A stretch of 64,000 nt of DNA from Felis catus (Eukaryota), in contig NC_058377.1 of assembly GCF_018350175.1 (NCBI RefSeq), positions 61,132,001-61,196,000 of the forward strand. Reading direction: 5' to 3'. Positions within the stretch are counted from its first letter, which is position 1; every line of letters begins with the position of its first letter. Positions 12,349 through 24,049 of the stretch are shown here, piece after piece. The translations under genes and the position numbers were made by a program. Under the pieces are notes generated by a model that searched no databases, was not told where the DNA came from, and saw nothing but the letters and a program-made list of their open reading frames with translations.

Positions 12349-14061
12349 GCTGATTCTGGCTACGTGAAGATATAGTCTTGCTTTCTTTCCTTCCTTTGTC
12401 CCTGGAGTGGTCAAGTGCATATATACTCTGGTAAATATACAGTAGGATTACTTAGGTAAAAGTGCAACTGAGCAATTTTATTCATATTTTAAGTCCTCCT
12501 TGGTGAGCTTCTCTGAAATTACATGTATTGCATTACTCACTGTCAGCTATTAATCTCATTAAGGACTAGCTTGAGTAAAGACTATCTCCTAAGCTCAGAA
12601 ACTCCACAACATTCTGCCTGACACTAAGTCTTCTCCTTCTGTCTGTGATAGCCANNNNNNNNNNNNNNNNNNNNNNNNNNNNNNNNNNNNNNNNNNNNNN
12701 NNNNNNNNNNNNNNNNNNNNNNNNNNNNNNNNNNNNNNNNNNNNNNNNNNNNNNNNNNNNNNNNNNNNNNNNNNNNNNNNNNNNNNNNNNNNNNNNNNNN
12801 NNNNNNNNNNNNNNNNNNNNNNNNNNNNNNNNNNNNNNNAATAACTCAAGTTCCTCGCATTCTAACAAGGAACCTGTAACAATGCCTTCTCTGAGAAGTA
12901 CCCCTCCAAAGTAATTATGGTGTTGGAGAATTTGGCATGAGATAAATTCTAAATAGAGATTTTTAAAAGCAAGACATGAAGGAATAATAAGCATTCCACA
13001 CTTGCAATGCTTCAAAGGACAATACTTTTGAAATTTGCTGCCCTGGTGAATTTCTGGCCATAAAAGAACCAGCATCTGATCACTTAAATGCATAATAGCT
13101 TTAAGATAGCAACAAAGTCATTGACCTTACATCCAAAAAGTATGCTCCCTGGATTTTCCAGGATCCCTGGAAAAATGTTACTTTGGCAGATTGTCCATGC
13201 TTTCATAATTCATACAAATATATATATATATATGATATAAATAAATATATACAATATTAATATAATATCTAATATACAAATATATAATATAAAATTTACA
13301 TTCCAACATCTCAGTTGATACCAGCTGTTCACTGTGAAACTAATGGTTAGTATGTTATTTCTTACTATATTATTCTTAAGCCCAGAGAATATACCTGCAT
13401 ACACTTACTTTTCCAGAGTTGGTACCAGGTACCTTGTGGACCAGAATGTCTAAAGGATGATTGGGGAAAATGCCAAGAGCATCCTGATCTAACTTATTAG
13501 TGGCTAGTTCTATGTGGTGGGACTACACCAATTTACCTGTCAACAAGGAGGCAATCCAGAGAAGTCTCCAACTTATCTTCAGAGGGAACACCGTGTCTTC
13601 CTCTATTGCATGCTCTCAGTTTATTTTCAGCACAGCTGACTCTCAAGAGTCCAAAGTAATTTTGAATATTTATGCCTGAGTTCTAGAAAGTCCTTCTTCA
13701 CACCAATATGCTACAGTACCCTCATCACTGCCTCTCTCATGTCTTAGGTTTAAGTAAACATAGACAAGTTGTCTACATCCCTCCAGATTAACTGTGTTGT
13801 GTTGAATTAAAGCCAGGAATTCAGAGATTTGAATTATTCCCTCATGAAATGCTAACTTCAGATTTTATAGCTCCACTGGAGAGTCCCAGCGGCTCAAGCA
13901 CCGCAACAGATGTTTCTGTAGCTTCTGAGAAGTATAAATGGTGCCAGAGGAAGTACACAATTACTCTATCACATGATGTCCGTGGACAATGAAATTTGAT
14001 TTGAGTGAGATTTTAAAATGGATTTTAAAAATCAGGAATAACTTTAAAAAGTTAACAAAGA

Positions 14062-14390
14062 GTCAGTAAAAATTTGCAACTAGTAATATGTTCTGGAGAT
14101 CTAATTCACTGCAAAATGATTATAGACAAAAATGTTGCTATTATAAACTTCAAGGTAGTTAAGAGATTAGATTTTAATTTTTCCTAACTCCAAAACAGAA
14201 ATGGTAATAAGATAATAAAAATATACAAAATAAGATAAAAAATAAGAAATCATAAAAAAGATATGGTTAAAGGTGTTAGCTAATGCTATGTGGTAATCAT
14301 AATGTAATATATAAATGTGCCAAATTAACAACCATACACCTTAAATTATACAATGTTATAAATCAACTGCATCTCCATATAGACACATTT
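14062..14390 (+). mobile_element. L1MA9-like 3'UTR fragment
   Basis: ggagatctaat...gttagctaatgctatgtggtaatcat...catacaccttaaattatacaatgttata; flanked by taaaaagttaa direct repeats. Confidence 0.7.
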
Positions 14391-14457
14391 TTTAAAAAGT
14401 TAATAGAGTTTCAGAAATCATAGAGATCTTAAAAGCAAATGGAGTAAAAAGATAGTT

Positions 14458-14695
14458 GGGGTGCCTGGGAGGCTCAGTCAGTTAAGCGTCCGACTTCAGC
14501 TCAGGTCATGATCTTACGGTTCATGGGTTCGAGCCCCACATCGGGCTCTGTGCTGACAGCTCAGAGCCTGGAGCCTGCTTTGGATTCTGTGCCTCCCTCT
14601 CTCTCTGTTCCTCCCTTTCTCTCTGTTCCTCCCCCTGCTCATGCTCTGTCTCTCTATCTCTCTCTCAAAAATAAAGATTAAAAAATTAAAAAAAA
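14458..14695 (+). mobile_element. Felid CAN-SINE
   Basis: Full body with an internal duplication of ctctctgttcctccc; A tail. Confidence 0.92.
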
Positions 14696-14703
14696 ATACT
14701 CTT

Positions 14704-14795
14704 CGCGGGGCACCTGGGTTTCTGTGTCTCCCTCTCTCTCTGCTCTTCCCCTGCTTGTGCTCCCTCTCTCTCAAAAGTAAAGAAATAAATATTTT
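14704..14795 (+). mobile_element. Internally deleted CAN-SINE with 13-bp TSD AAAAAATACTCTT
   Basis: ggggcacctgggt fused directly to ttctgtgtctccctctc; TSD at 14691-14703 and 14796-14808. Confidence 0.85.
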
Positions 14796-15489
14796 AAAAA
14801 ATACTCTTTGTACCTCAAATATGTGACCCATATCTTATGATAATCTATAGAGGGAAGGAAAGTTTGTGCCAGAAACAGGTATGGAGGGTGAGGATTTTGG
14901 AATTAGCCAGTAATACTTGTTTTAATCTTAAAATTCAAAAAGTGAAAGAAAGTGTAAATGTTACCCTAGGGAAAGAAAACACACTACCTAAAGTCATATT
15001 TTGCTCCATATATCCACTTCATAAACACCGCCCCGTAATTACTGAAAACAGCATGGATTTATTTTGCTTATAGTTTCACTAAACAAATAAATAAGAACAA
15101 AAAGAGGCTGATTTTCAAGTGAAAACTAGATAGTTATTGCCCTGATTATGTCTCTAAAACATCTTTTCCCCTATCAGGCTTATTTTTTCTCTTCATTGGA
15201 AAACTGTCGTTTTACTTAGAAACTGTCTATATAAGCAAATTGCTATTTTGGATTGAAAACACTTACTGAACCTAGCATAAATCAATTTCTGTGAATGTGA
15301 TCAGACTGATATGCAAAGACAAATATGAATACTTGGGCCATTTAAACGGACCTTGATTTATGGTTTTACTTGATCTTTATGTTACTCTCACTTTATAAAG
15401 TTCAAACAAAGCATCTAGCCATACCTCTCAGATGCATCGCCAGAGTGGCAGGCAGTGTGCACTACTTCAGAGTTTAACTACCTCATTGA

Positions 15490-16291
15490 AAGATGTTCAA
15501 CATCGCTCCTTATCAGGGAAATACAAATCAAAACCACACTCAGATATCACCTCACGCCAGTCAGAGTGGCCAAAATGAACAAATCAGGAGACTATAGATG
15601 CTGGAGAGGATGTGGAGAAACGGGAACCCTCTGCACTGTTGGTGGGAATGCAAATTGGTGCAGCCGCTCTGGAAAGCAGTGTGGAGGTTCCTCAGAAAAT
15701 TAAAAATAGACCTACCCTATGACCCAGCAATAGCACTGCTAGGAATTTATCCAAGGGATACAGGAGTACTGATGCATAGGGCCACTTGTACCCCAATGTT
15801 TATAGCAGCACTCTCAACAATAGCCAAATTATGGAAAGAGCCTAAATGTCCATCAACTGATGAATGGATAAAGAAATTGTGGTTTATATACACAATGGAA
15901 TACTACGTGGCAATGAGAAAAAATGAAATATGGCCTTTTGTAGCAACATGGATGGAACTGGAGAGTGTGATGCTAAGTGAAATAAGCCATACAGAGAAAG
16001 ACAGATACCATATGGTTTCACTCTTATGTGGATCCTGAGAAACTTAACAGGAACCCATGGGGGAGGGGAAGGAAAAAAAAAAAAGAGGTTAGAGTGGGAG
16101 AGAGCCAAAGCATAAGAGACTGTTAAAAACTGAGAACAAACTGAGGGTTGATGGGGGGTGGGAGGGAGGGGAGGGTGGGTGATGGGTATTGAGGAGGGCA
16201 CCTTTTGGGATGAGCACTGGGTGTTGTATGGAAACCAATTTGACAATAAATTTCATATATTAAAAAAAAAAACAAAAAAAAAAAACCAAAA
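15490..16291 (+). mobile_element. Young 5'-truncated felid L1 (L1_Fc-like), about 0.8 kb
   Basis: ORF2 C-terminus ([14 protein letters not shown]), G-rich 3'UTR, AATAAA, poly(A); perfect 14-bp TSD aactacctcattga (15476-15489 / 16292-16305); ttt|aa target site. Confidence 0.96.
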
Positions 16292-17839
16292 AACTACCTC
16301 ATTGACCATTACTTTTGGTCTTAAGTATCTTTCAAATCCAGAAAACATTTTGTTCAGTTGCATGCACCAGTAAGCCCATAAAATATTACGTTTAATTAAT
16401 TCTGTTCTTGTTTATAAATAGTCTCCATCTTAAATTCCCTAAGTGCTGCCTTTCCTTTAGTCACCTTACCCTCTATGGGAGACCCTGTAGATGCCCCCAC
16501 AATTTAGCCATGGAAGTAAAGACTGGCATGGCAGGAGACCTTCCTGGTGCTGCGTCTGTGCTATGGTTGGAGTTCATTTGTTGCTCACTATCCTTGTCAT
16601 ATAAGCTACTAAGTATTTTTAATTCTTCTGTTTTTCTCTCGAGTAGAAATGCCTGTCTCACGTAGTCCTATTTCTTCATCTGGCTGGGTTTTGCCTGGGG
16701 TTGCACTCATCTTGCAGACGCCTATAAGACAAACCAGCTGCCTGCTGCTTCTTGCTCTGGAGCCATAGGTTTTAGGAGGGTTATGCAAAACGAATGCCCC
16801 ATGGGGATGGCTGTCAATGATCACCAATGAGAATGTCTCTCTTTGTTCTTCTAGAGGAATCTCACTGACCAGACAGATTACAGCCTTCTGAGACTTTTGC
16901 AGTCATTAGAGGACTAACCTCAGGAACCAATAATCAAAAGAGTGTGTGGGTACTAGGGTCACAATGATGATTGTTTAATTGTACTTTTGTAGAACTGAAC
17001 ATTGCAGATTGTATAAGGAAAACATCGGTCTTCACAGCATGAAGCTGAATAAACTTTCTATAGTCCCACATTTTCGAACAGAGTTATAAGTCAGTATTGT
17101 TTAAAGCAGTGTGAATAAAGTGTTACCCATGCAGTGCCTGCCTCATAATCACCTGAAATGATCATCTTTACCCAGATATTCCCTAAAATTTCATATTTCC
17201 CCAGACGTTGCATGAGTTATAACAGCTTAGTTGATGTTAGTTCCTTATCTTAAAGAGGAGGATAATAATATCTTCTTTTCAGGAGTTATATAATATGAAA
17301 ATTAATAATGTATACAACAAAATTCCCCATTTACTGTGACAAATAAAAAGTCATTTTTTATTTACTATTACTTTTGTTATTTAATTTTGCCTTTCAAATG
17401 TAAGCCTGGGATTTCCATTTCCAAATGGATGTGAGGGACTAGGTAACAATGTCAAGTAGTGTAATTAAATTCCCTGTTGCTCTTTAGTTGCTAGCATTGG
17501 AAGGAATCTGTGAAATTAGAACTAACAAACACTGATGACCAATGGATGAGGTATACCAGACATAAGCCAACACAGAAAACATAATGAGGCATTTTGTCCC
17601 CTTTTCTACCACTTCTCTTGTCCTTAGTCTTCTCTGACCAGTCTACACTTGCAGACTTCCCTTGCCATCCACTGTACCATTTATTTTGCCTTTGATGTTT
17701 ATATTATTCATTGAGATAGCTTCACTAGAGCTCATAGGATAAATGATTTGCCAAAATCAAACAAAGAGCAATTAAGGATGTCTCAAAAGAACACATTTAG
17801 CACTGTGAGATTTAATATGTCAACTTGAATGGAAGGGAA

Positions 17840-17842
<3 letters not shown>

Positions 17843-17883
<41 letters not shown>
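17843..17883. repeat. (AT)n microsatellite
   Basis: Direct reading. Confidence 0.95.
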
Positions 17884-17891
<8 letters not shown>

Positions 17892-18339
17892 GTGCTATAT
17901 AACATATTTTATCCCAGGATCTGAGTTTCCCTTCTTAAAGACAAAATTCCCTGTTTCCTTTTTCTCAGTCAGTATGGTGTAAAAGGCCCCTATTTGATGT
18001 GTAAAGTACAAGGAAAGCATAGTGTTATTAACACCAGGAGTCTACTCCATAGATAGCGTTAAATATCAGGGATTCCATATCCTATTTCTTCTCTTCTTTT
18101 TTTAAATATTTAATTACAAAGATATAGATATATTGATATGCAGATAGATATGCAGACATATATTTCTACATCTCTGATTACCAAAATAATCTAGAATACT
18201 TTGAACGAAAGGCTTTTAGTCTTCTGGAAACAGAGTGGAACTAAGTGGCTAATGCTTCTAAATGGACAGACCTTCCCTTTGCTGTTAACATCAGCATAAG
18301 TGTCGTTAGGTAAAATGTGATGAACCTCATGCTGTAGAG

Positions 18340-18545
18340 GAAGACCTGTCTTCAGAGTTGGCTCTGCTAGTATTGGTTGTATAACTGTTTTCATGTAATT
18401 TCATCTTTACAATCTCAAATTTCCTGAACTTTAAAATATGAATAGTAGTAGTACATATATCATATTGTCTATATGAAGCTTAAATGAATTAATATGGTTA
18501 TGGTATTTAATACAATGAATAACATAATAATCACGGTAATAAGTG
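18340..18545. mobile_element. MIR fragment
   Basis: ggctctgctagtattggttgtataac...tctcaaatttcctgaactttaaaatatgaatagtagtag core. Confidence 0.55.
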
Positions 18546-18746
18546 GTAGTGGCAACTAATCATGATGGGAATTGAAGTGGTAATAATAAATGGTACATAG
18601 ATTGTCCTCCTCTGAGACTCATTGGATTTAAAGATTTCCTCATTGGAAAGGGAAATCCCTTACCCCTTACAGCCAGTTGCCTTTAGGGAGTTCCAATTAT
18701 GTCAGCTGGTCTAGGCTATAAATTTGACATACAAAGATGGAGAGCA

Positions 18747-18938
18747 GGGGCATCTGGATGGCTCAGTCGGTTAAGCGTCTCTTTGTTTCTGCTTAGGTCA
18801 TGATCTCACTGTTGGTGAGTTCAAGCCCTGCGTCAGGCTCTGTGCTGACAGTGTGGAGTCTGCTTGTGATTCTCTCTCCCCCTCTCTCCCTGCCCCTCCC
18901 CTGCTCTTTCTCTCAAAATAAATAAATAAACTTAATAA
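18747..18938 (+). mobile_element. CAN-SINE
   Basis: SINE body; degenerate TSD aaagatggagagca / aaaaatggatagca. Confidence 0.9.
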
Positions 18939-19130
18939 AAAATGGATAGCAATAAAGCACTGACCATGGATGACTGGTAATTACGTCTAGATTTCATTAC
19001 AATAAAAATAAAGGCAAAGTTCATGCAGATGAAAGCAACATCCTCCAAAAGCAGCTCTATTTTTAATAAGGGTATATTTAAAACAAAGTATTTGCTTTAT
19101 TTTTAAATATTTTTAAAATAATTTTTATTA

Positions 19131-19343
19131 GGGGTCACCTGGGTGGCTCAGTTGGTTAAGCATCTGATTTCGGCTCAAGTCATGATCTCACAGTTTGTGA
19201 GTTTGAGCCCCGCATCAGGCTCTGTGCTGACAGCTCAGAGCCTGGAGCCTGCTTCAGATTCTGTGTCTCCTCCTCTTTCTGCCCCTCCCATGCTCTGTCT
19301 CTCTCTGTCTCTCAATAATGAATAAATGTTAAAAAATTTTTTT
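19131..19343 (+). mobile_element. Felid CAN-SINE (tail-to-tail with the next SINE)
   Basis: SINE body; TSD aaataattttta. Confidence 0.9.
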
Positions 19344-19344
19344 A

Positions 19345-19382
19345 AATAATTTTTATTTTTTATCTATTTCTTTTGAGAGAGA

Positions 19383-19422
<40 letters not shown>

Positions 19423-19585
19423 AAGCAGGAGAGGGGCACAGACAGAAGGAAAGAGTGAATCCCAAGCAGGCTTCCCACTGTCCACACAGAGCCCTATCTG
19501 CAGCTTGAACTCACAAAATGTGAGATCATGACCTGAACCGAAATCAAGAGCTAGATGCTGAACCGACTGAGCCACCCAGGCACCC
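19345..19585 (-). mobile_element. CAN-SINE with (GA)n
   Basis: Reverse head ccgactgagccacccaggcaccc. Confidence 0.9.
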
Positions 19586-20039
19586 TATCAACTGAAGTAT
19601 TTTATATCAGTCTATACAGATACACTGTGTGTGTTTGTATGTGCATATGAGTGTGTCTGTGTGTGTTTACTCAATTAGTGAACAGTATGGGAAAATGTTT
19701 CACAATTTGTATAGTGAAGAATCAGATACAAGAATTTAGATAGTTGAGGATTTCTAAATTTGAACTTAAAGGAATATGCGGGGACATTTGTTTTTGGACA
19801 AGTTGGAGTAACAGGAATGTGCATAAAAGAACTAAAGTACCATAAAATATATGAAGTAAAGGCACTCAAGGACATCAGATAATGAAAGACAATGGAATCT
19901 GTGGGATGGGAAACTAATGAGGTTATCCTTTCAATTGCCCAAGCTTACTGCATAGGGAAAGTTACCAAAACACATTAGGGAAAGGTAGAGCCCAGGCAGA
20001 GTACAACATGATTCTTAAATTCAGGATCTGGAGCTGGGA

Positions 20040-20150
20040 TTCTTCTTCTTTCCTCTTTCAGCTTTCTTCTTTTTTCTTCTTCCTCTTCCTCCTCTTCTTT
20101 CCCTTCCTCTTCTTCCTCTTCTTTCTTCTCCTTCTCCTTCTCCTTCTTTT
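20040..20150. repeat. (CTT/CTC)n low-complexity tract, probably the expanded tail of the minus-strand SINE
   Basis: Lies inside the TSD pair ctgggattctt (20034-20044 / 20609-20619). Confidence 0.8.
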
Positions 20151-20175
20151 AAGATTTCTGTTTGTTTGTTCATTT

Positions 20176-20415
20176 GGGGTGCCTAGGTGGCTTAGTCGGT
20201 TAACCGTCCAACTTCCAAGCTTGGCTCAGGTCATGATCTCACAGTTCAGTTCATTGAGTTTGAGCCCTGCATCGTGTGCGGACAGCTCAGAGCCTGGGGT
20301 CTGCTTTGGATTCTTTCTGTGTGTGTCTCTCTCTATCTGCTCCTCCCCTGCTCATCCTCTGTTTCTCTGTCTCTCAAAAATAAATAAACATTTTTTTTAA
20401 TTTTTGAAAAAAAAG
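20176..20415 (+). mobile_element. CAN-SINE nested in the tail of an opposite-strand SINE
   Basis: ggggtgcctaggtggcttagtcggttaa...aaaaataaataaaca. Confidence 0.88.
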
Positions 20416-20419
20416 GAAT

Positions 20420-20603
20420 TTATTTCTATTTTTATTTTTGAGAGAGTGAGTGGTGAAGGGGCAGAGAGAGAGAGAGGGAGATACAGAATCCTGCTGTCAG
20501 CGCAGAGCCTAATGCGGAGCTTGAACTCACGAACCCATGAGATCATGACATGAGCTGAAATCAAGAGTTAGATGCTTAATCGCGTGAGCCACCCAGGTGC
20601 CCC
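20420..20603 (-). mobile_element. CAN-SINE
   Basis: Reverse head gagccacccaggtgcccc. Confidence 0.88.
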
Positions 20604-22038
20604 TGTATCTGGGATTCTTGGAAGAATAAAACAGAAACAGTAAATCAGTGTACCAAAGAGAAGAAATCTGCAGAGAGACAACTTCTTTGTTCTTCAGAAG
20701 GACTGCTTTAAAAATTACTTCAATACTGATTAGTTCATTGTGAACTAATTAGTTCAGATTAGTTGCAGCAAAACCTATGTGAACCAATCTACCCAAAACC
20801 ACACACACAAAATTGGGACAATATTTGAAGCCAACGCTTTTTGAGAAGTCACTGAGGAATTTTTCATAATTTATTGTGATATAGGAAAATATAGGGAAAC
20901 CAAACAGTGAGACAAAATGAGTACTAGATGAAATATTGCTCTGGTTTCACACTGTACAGCCTAAAACAAAACCTGACAAGCTTGACCAATATTCAATCTA
21001 ATCAAGTCCCAGAACAAAGCCTGAAAACATAGAAATACAAAAAAGAATTTAGCATCCCACAGGGTAAAATATATATTGTTTTTTACATATTTTATATGTT
21101 TATATATGTTTTATATATTATCATATATAATTATATATATAATCCATTCCAACCTATAAGTCATGAAAAGTAATAGAAAAACAAAATTAATAATAAGTAA
21201 GAAAAATTAATCAATTGAAACTGACCCAGAAATGACAAAGATATTAAAGTTAATCGACACAGGCATTTAAAGTTTTTAGAAATGCATTCTATATCTTTGA
21301 AAACCAGCATCCCAGCATCCAAAAGAAGGGACAAAATTGGTTTGGCAGTCCAAAAATCACCATCAAAATAAACTGTCACTATTTGACACAACAGGAAGCT
21401 TGAAAAATGCTCTATTCAAAAGGCTTGTTTTCATTTGACATGACTCAGAAATCAACCTATGAGAAAAAGGCATTTGTAATGGCAATTGTTTAACATTAAA
21501 GTGTCCTAAGACAAACTTACTAATTGGGTTAACAAAAGACTGACTATAAAACTCAAAACAAACCAGCAAACAAACAAACAAAACAAAAACAAGAAAACAA
21601 ATAAAAACAGAGAATGAGATATCCATAGGAGGATTTGAAAAGTTCCAACATATTTTTAGGAATATAGAAGGCCACCTACTCATGTGCATAGTGCACGCAC
21701 AAGATTTCAAAAACAGAACAAAAGAAAACAAACAAAACCCACTCAAAGTAAAAATCTTGCTTACGAATCAGACTTGATATCAGCTATTACAAATAAGTTC
21801 CAAGAACTAAAATAAACCAAGTCTAAAGAAGAAAAGGAAAAGTTTGAGAATCATGTGTCACCAAATACAGAGTATAAATAGACAGGAATTATTTAAAAAG
21901 AACCAAATAAATAATGGAAATGTATAATAACTGAATGTAAAATTCACAATAGGTGCTCAAAAGCATATTTAAACTTAGAGAAAAAAATGAATAAGCAAAC
22001 TTGAAGAGAAGCCAATTGAAACTATTCAGCCTGAAAAG

Positions 22039-22075
<37 letters not shown>

Positions 22076-22362
22076 TGAAAAAGTCTCAAAGACCCCTGTA
22101 GGATACAAAAAAAAAAAAAAAAAAAAAAAAACCTATAAAAAAAATCCTAGAAGGACAGNNNNNNNNNNNNNNNNNNNNNNNNNNNNNNNNNNNNNNNNNN
22201 NNNNNNNNNNNNNNNNNNNNNNNNNNNNNNNNNNNNNNNNNNNNNNNNNNNNNNNNNNNNNNNNNNNNNNNNNNNNNNNNNNNNNNNNNNNATCCTTACC
22301 TAAAGTATCAGTCAAATGTTTAAAAGACAAAGGGAGAATCTTGAAAGCAGCAATATATGCTT

Positions 22363-23307
22363 TCAAACACATTTGATTATTAAGAATTTAAAGAATCCTT
22401 CCCGGATTCTCTTGGTTTTTACACCATAAATAATAGGGTTCATCATAGGTGGAATAAGAAGATATATATTGGCTATAAAAATATGGATATGTGGAGCGAT
22501 GTGGTGGCCAAACCTATGAGTGAGAAAAGAGAAAAAGGCTGGTGTATAAAACACTAAGATGACCCATACATGGGAGACACATGTACTTAAGGTCTTGAGG
22601 CGGGCAGCTTTCGAAGGCAGATTAAAGACAGTGAAAAGAATAAGGACATAAGAACAGATGATCAATATGAAATCCAATCCCCCTGTCAGGAATGCCACAA
22701 TTAGGCTGTAGGCTCTACGAATCTTGGTTTCAGTGCAAACTAGCTTTATCACAGCCATAAACTCACAGTACGTATGGGAGATGACATTCGTTCTGCAGTA
22801 GGAAAGCCACCTCAGTAGAAAGGGATGTGGACTGAGGAGTACAGCTCCTCTAAAGACAATGCCCAAACCGAAGCCTATAATCACTGCAGGGGTCAGGATA
22901 GTGGAATGTCTTAATGGGTGGCAAATGGCTATGTAGCGGTCAAAAGCCATGGCCAGGATAAATCCAGATTCCATAGTAGACAGAGAATGAATAAGATACA
23001 TTTGAGTGAGGCAGGCTTCAAAGTAGATCTCTCTGTAATTGAACCAGAAGAGGCTAAGTATCTTGGGAAGTGTAGAAGAAGTAAGAATCAAATCAGCCAC
23101 TGAAAGCATGCATAGAAAGAGGTACATAGGTTCGTGTAGTTTGTGGTCTGTCTTGACAATTAATAGAAGGGCAACATTTCCCATTAGTGACACGAGGTAG
23201 ACTAGACAAAAAGGGATAGAAATCCATATGTGAACAGCCTCCAATCCTGGAATGCCAAGCAGTAGAAAGCTGGTAGGGTGAAGACTGGTCCTGTTGTAAT
23301 TTAACAT
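22363..23307 (-). CDS. Class I olfactory receptor, OR52 family, intact (314 aa)
   Basis: Motifs GIPGLE, LHEPMYLFL, MAFDRYIAICHPLRH, HTYCEFMAV, KTLSTC, THRFGH, PPMMNPIIYGVKT; sequon NRT. Confidence 0.96.
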   Translation of the reverse strand: MLNYNRTSLHPTSFLLLGIPGLEAVHIWISIPFCLVYLVSLMGNVALLLIVKTDHKLHEPMYLFLCMLSVADLILTSSTLPKILSLFWFNYREIYFEACLTQMYLIHSLSTMESGFILAMAFDRYIAICHPLRHSTILTPAVIIGFGLGIVFRGAVLLSPHPFLLRWLSYCRTNVISHTYCEFMAVIKLVCTETKIRRAYSLIVAFLTGGLDFILIICSYVLILFTVFNLPSKAARLKTLSTCVSHVWVILVFYTPAFFSFLTHRFGHHIAPHIHIFIANIYLLIPPMMNPIIYGVKTKRIREGFFKFLIIKCV

Positions 23308-24049
23308 TATGCAAACAATAGATATTCCATGACCCTGTCCAAATTAAAAATCACAAAGATTATAAATATATGAATATCAATGTTTTTTTTTCCATTACTA
23401 TGGGTTTGGAGAGATGCCAGTTATTGAATTATTTCTTCAGTAGTATAATCTCACAATGCATCAAATACATGGGATTGTGCTTTTTTGGGTAAGAAAAATT
23501 AGTAGAAAAGTATCTATTTATCGTCTATCTATCTGTCATCTATCTCCTTGCCTTTTTTTTTTCCAGAAAGTGTTGTTCAGTTAGCCAGATGCATTTCAGT
23601 AGTATTATAGTATTAGAGAGGTAACAGGTGATATATTGCTGAGTATGAAGATATAATTTTCTACAATTTGAGACAAGCAAAAAAGGGTAAGTCCAACCAT
23701 CATGATTGAGATCAGTGATTTGTGATATTTAACCTCTCTCACCCCCTTCTCAATGATAGGGCTTATAGATATAATGAAAAGGTGACTTGGGAAATACTAA
23801 AGAACAATTGGGGAAATTAGCTAAAAAAAAGGAGAATAAAGAAGTATGAACCAAACTGGTCCTATTTTTAAAGGTGAGTCATTGAGCTAATAAATCAAGG
23901 ACCCTTATCTTCATAAAATCAGCTCAACTGAACAATAAGAAAATCACTTAGCAAAGGACTATCCAATAGAAAAAATGACTAAGTCTGGAAAACATGGGTA
24001 TTCAGATTACCAGATATTTGTGTTGTTTTGTAAAAGATCAATCAAATTC

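Larger units (their letters stand above)
19790..22353 (+). mobile_element. Fragmented old L1M 5'/ORF1 sequence ending next to the OR stop codon
   Basis: aattgaaactgacccagaaatgac; cagctattacaaataagttccaagaactaaa; aaagacaaagggagaatcttgaaagcagca (KDKxRILKAA of ORF1). Confidence 0.65.

Noticed and set aside
11425-12367. Antisense and alternative-frame ORFs over OR genes (also at 30377-30673 and 61060-61471)
   Set aside because: Shadow ORFs expected from OR codon usage; no independent coding evidence
12566-13093. ORFs containing long X runs (also near 22.1, 26.5-28.3 and 53.8-54.6 kb)
   Set aside because: Artefacts of translating through assembly N gaps
13141-13175. Cluster of tccctgga / ttccagga half-sites as an OR enhancer (J-element or Greek-island type)
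   Set aside because: Imperfect O/E matches with no adjacent TAATGA cluster; too short and degenerate to support
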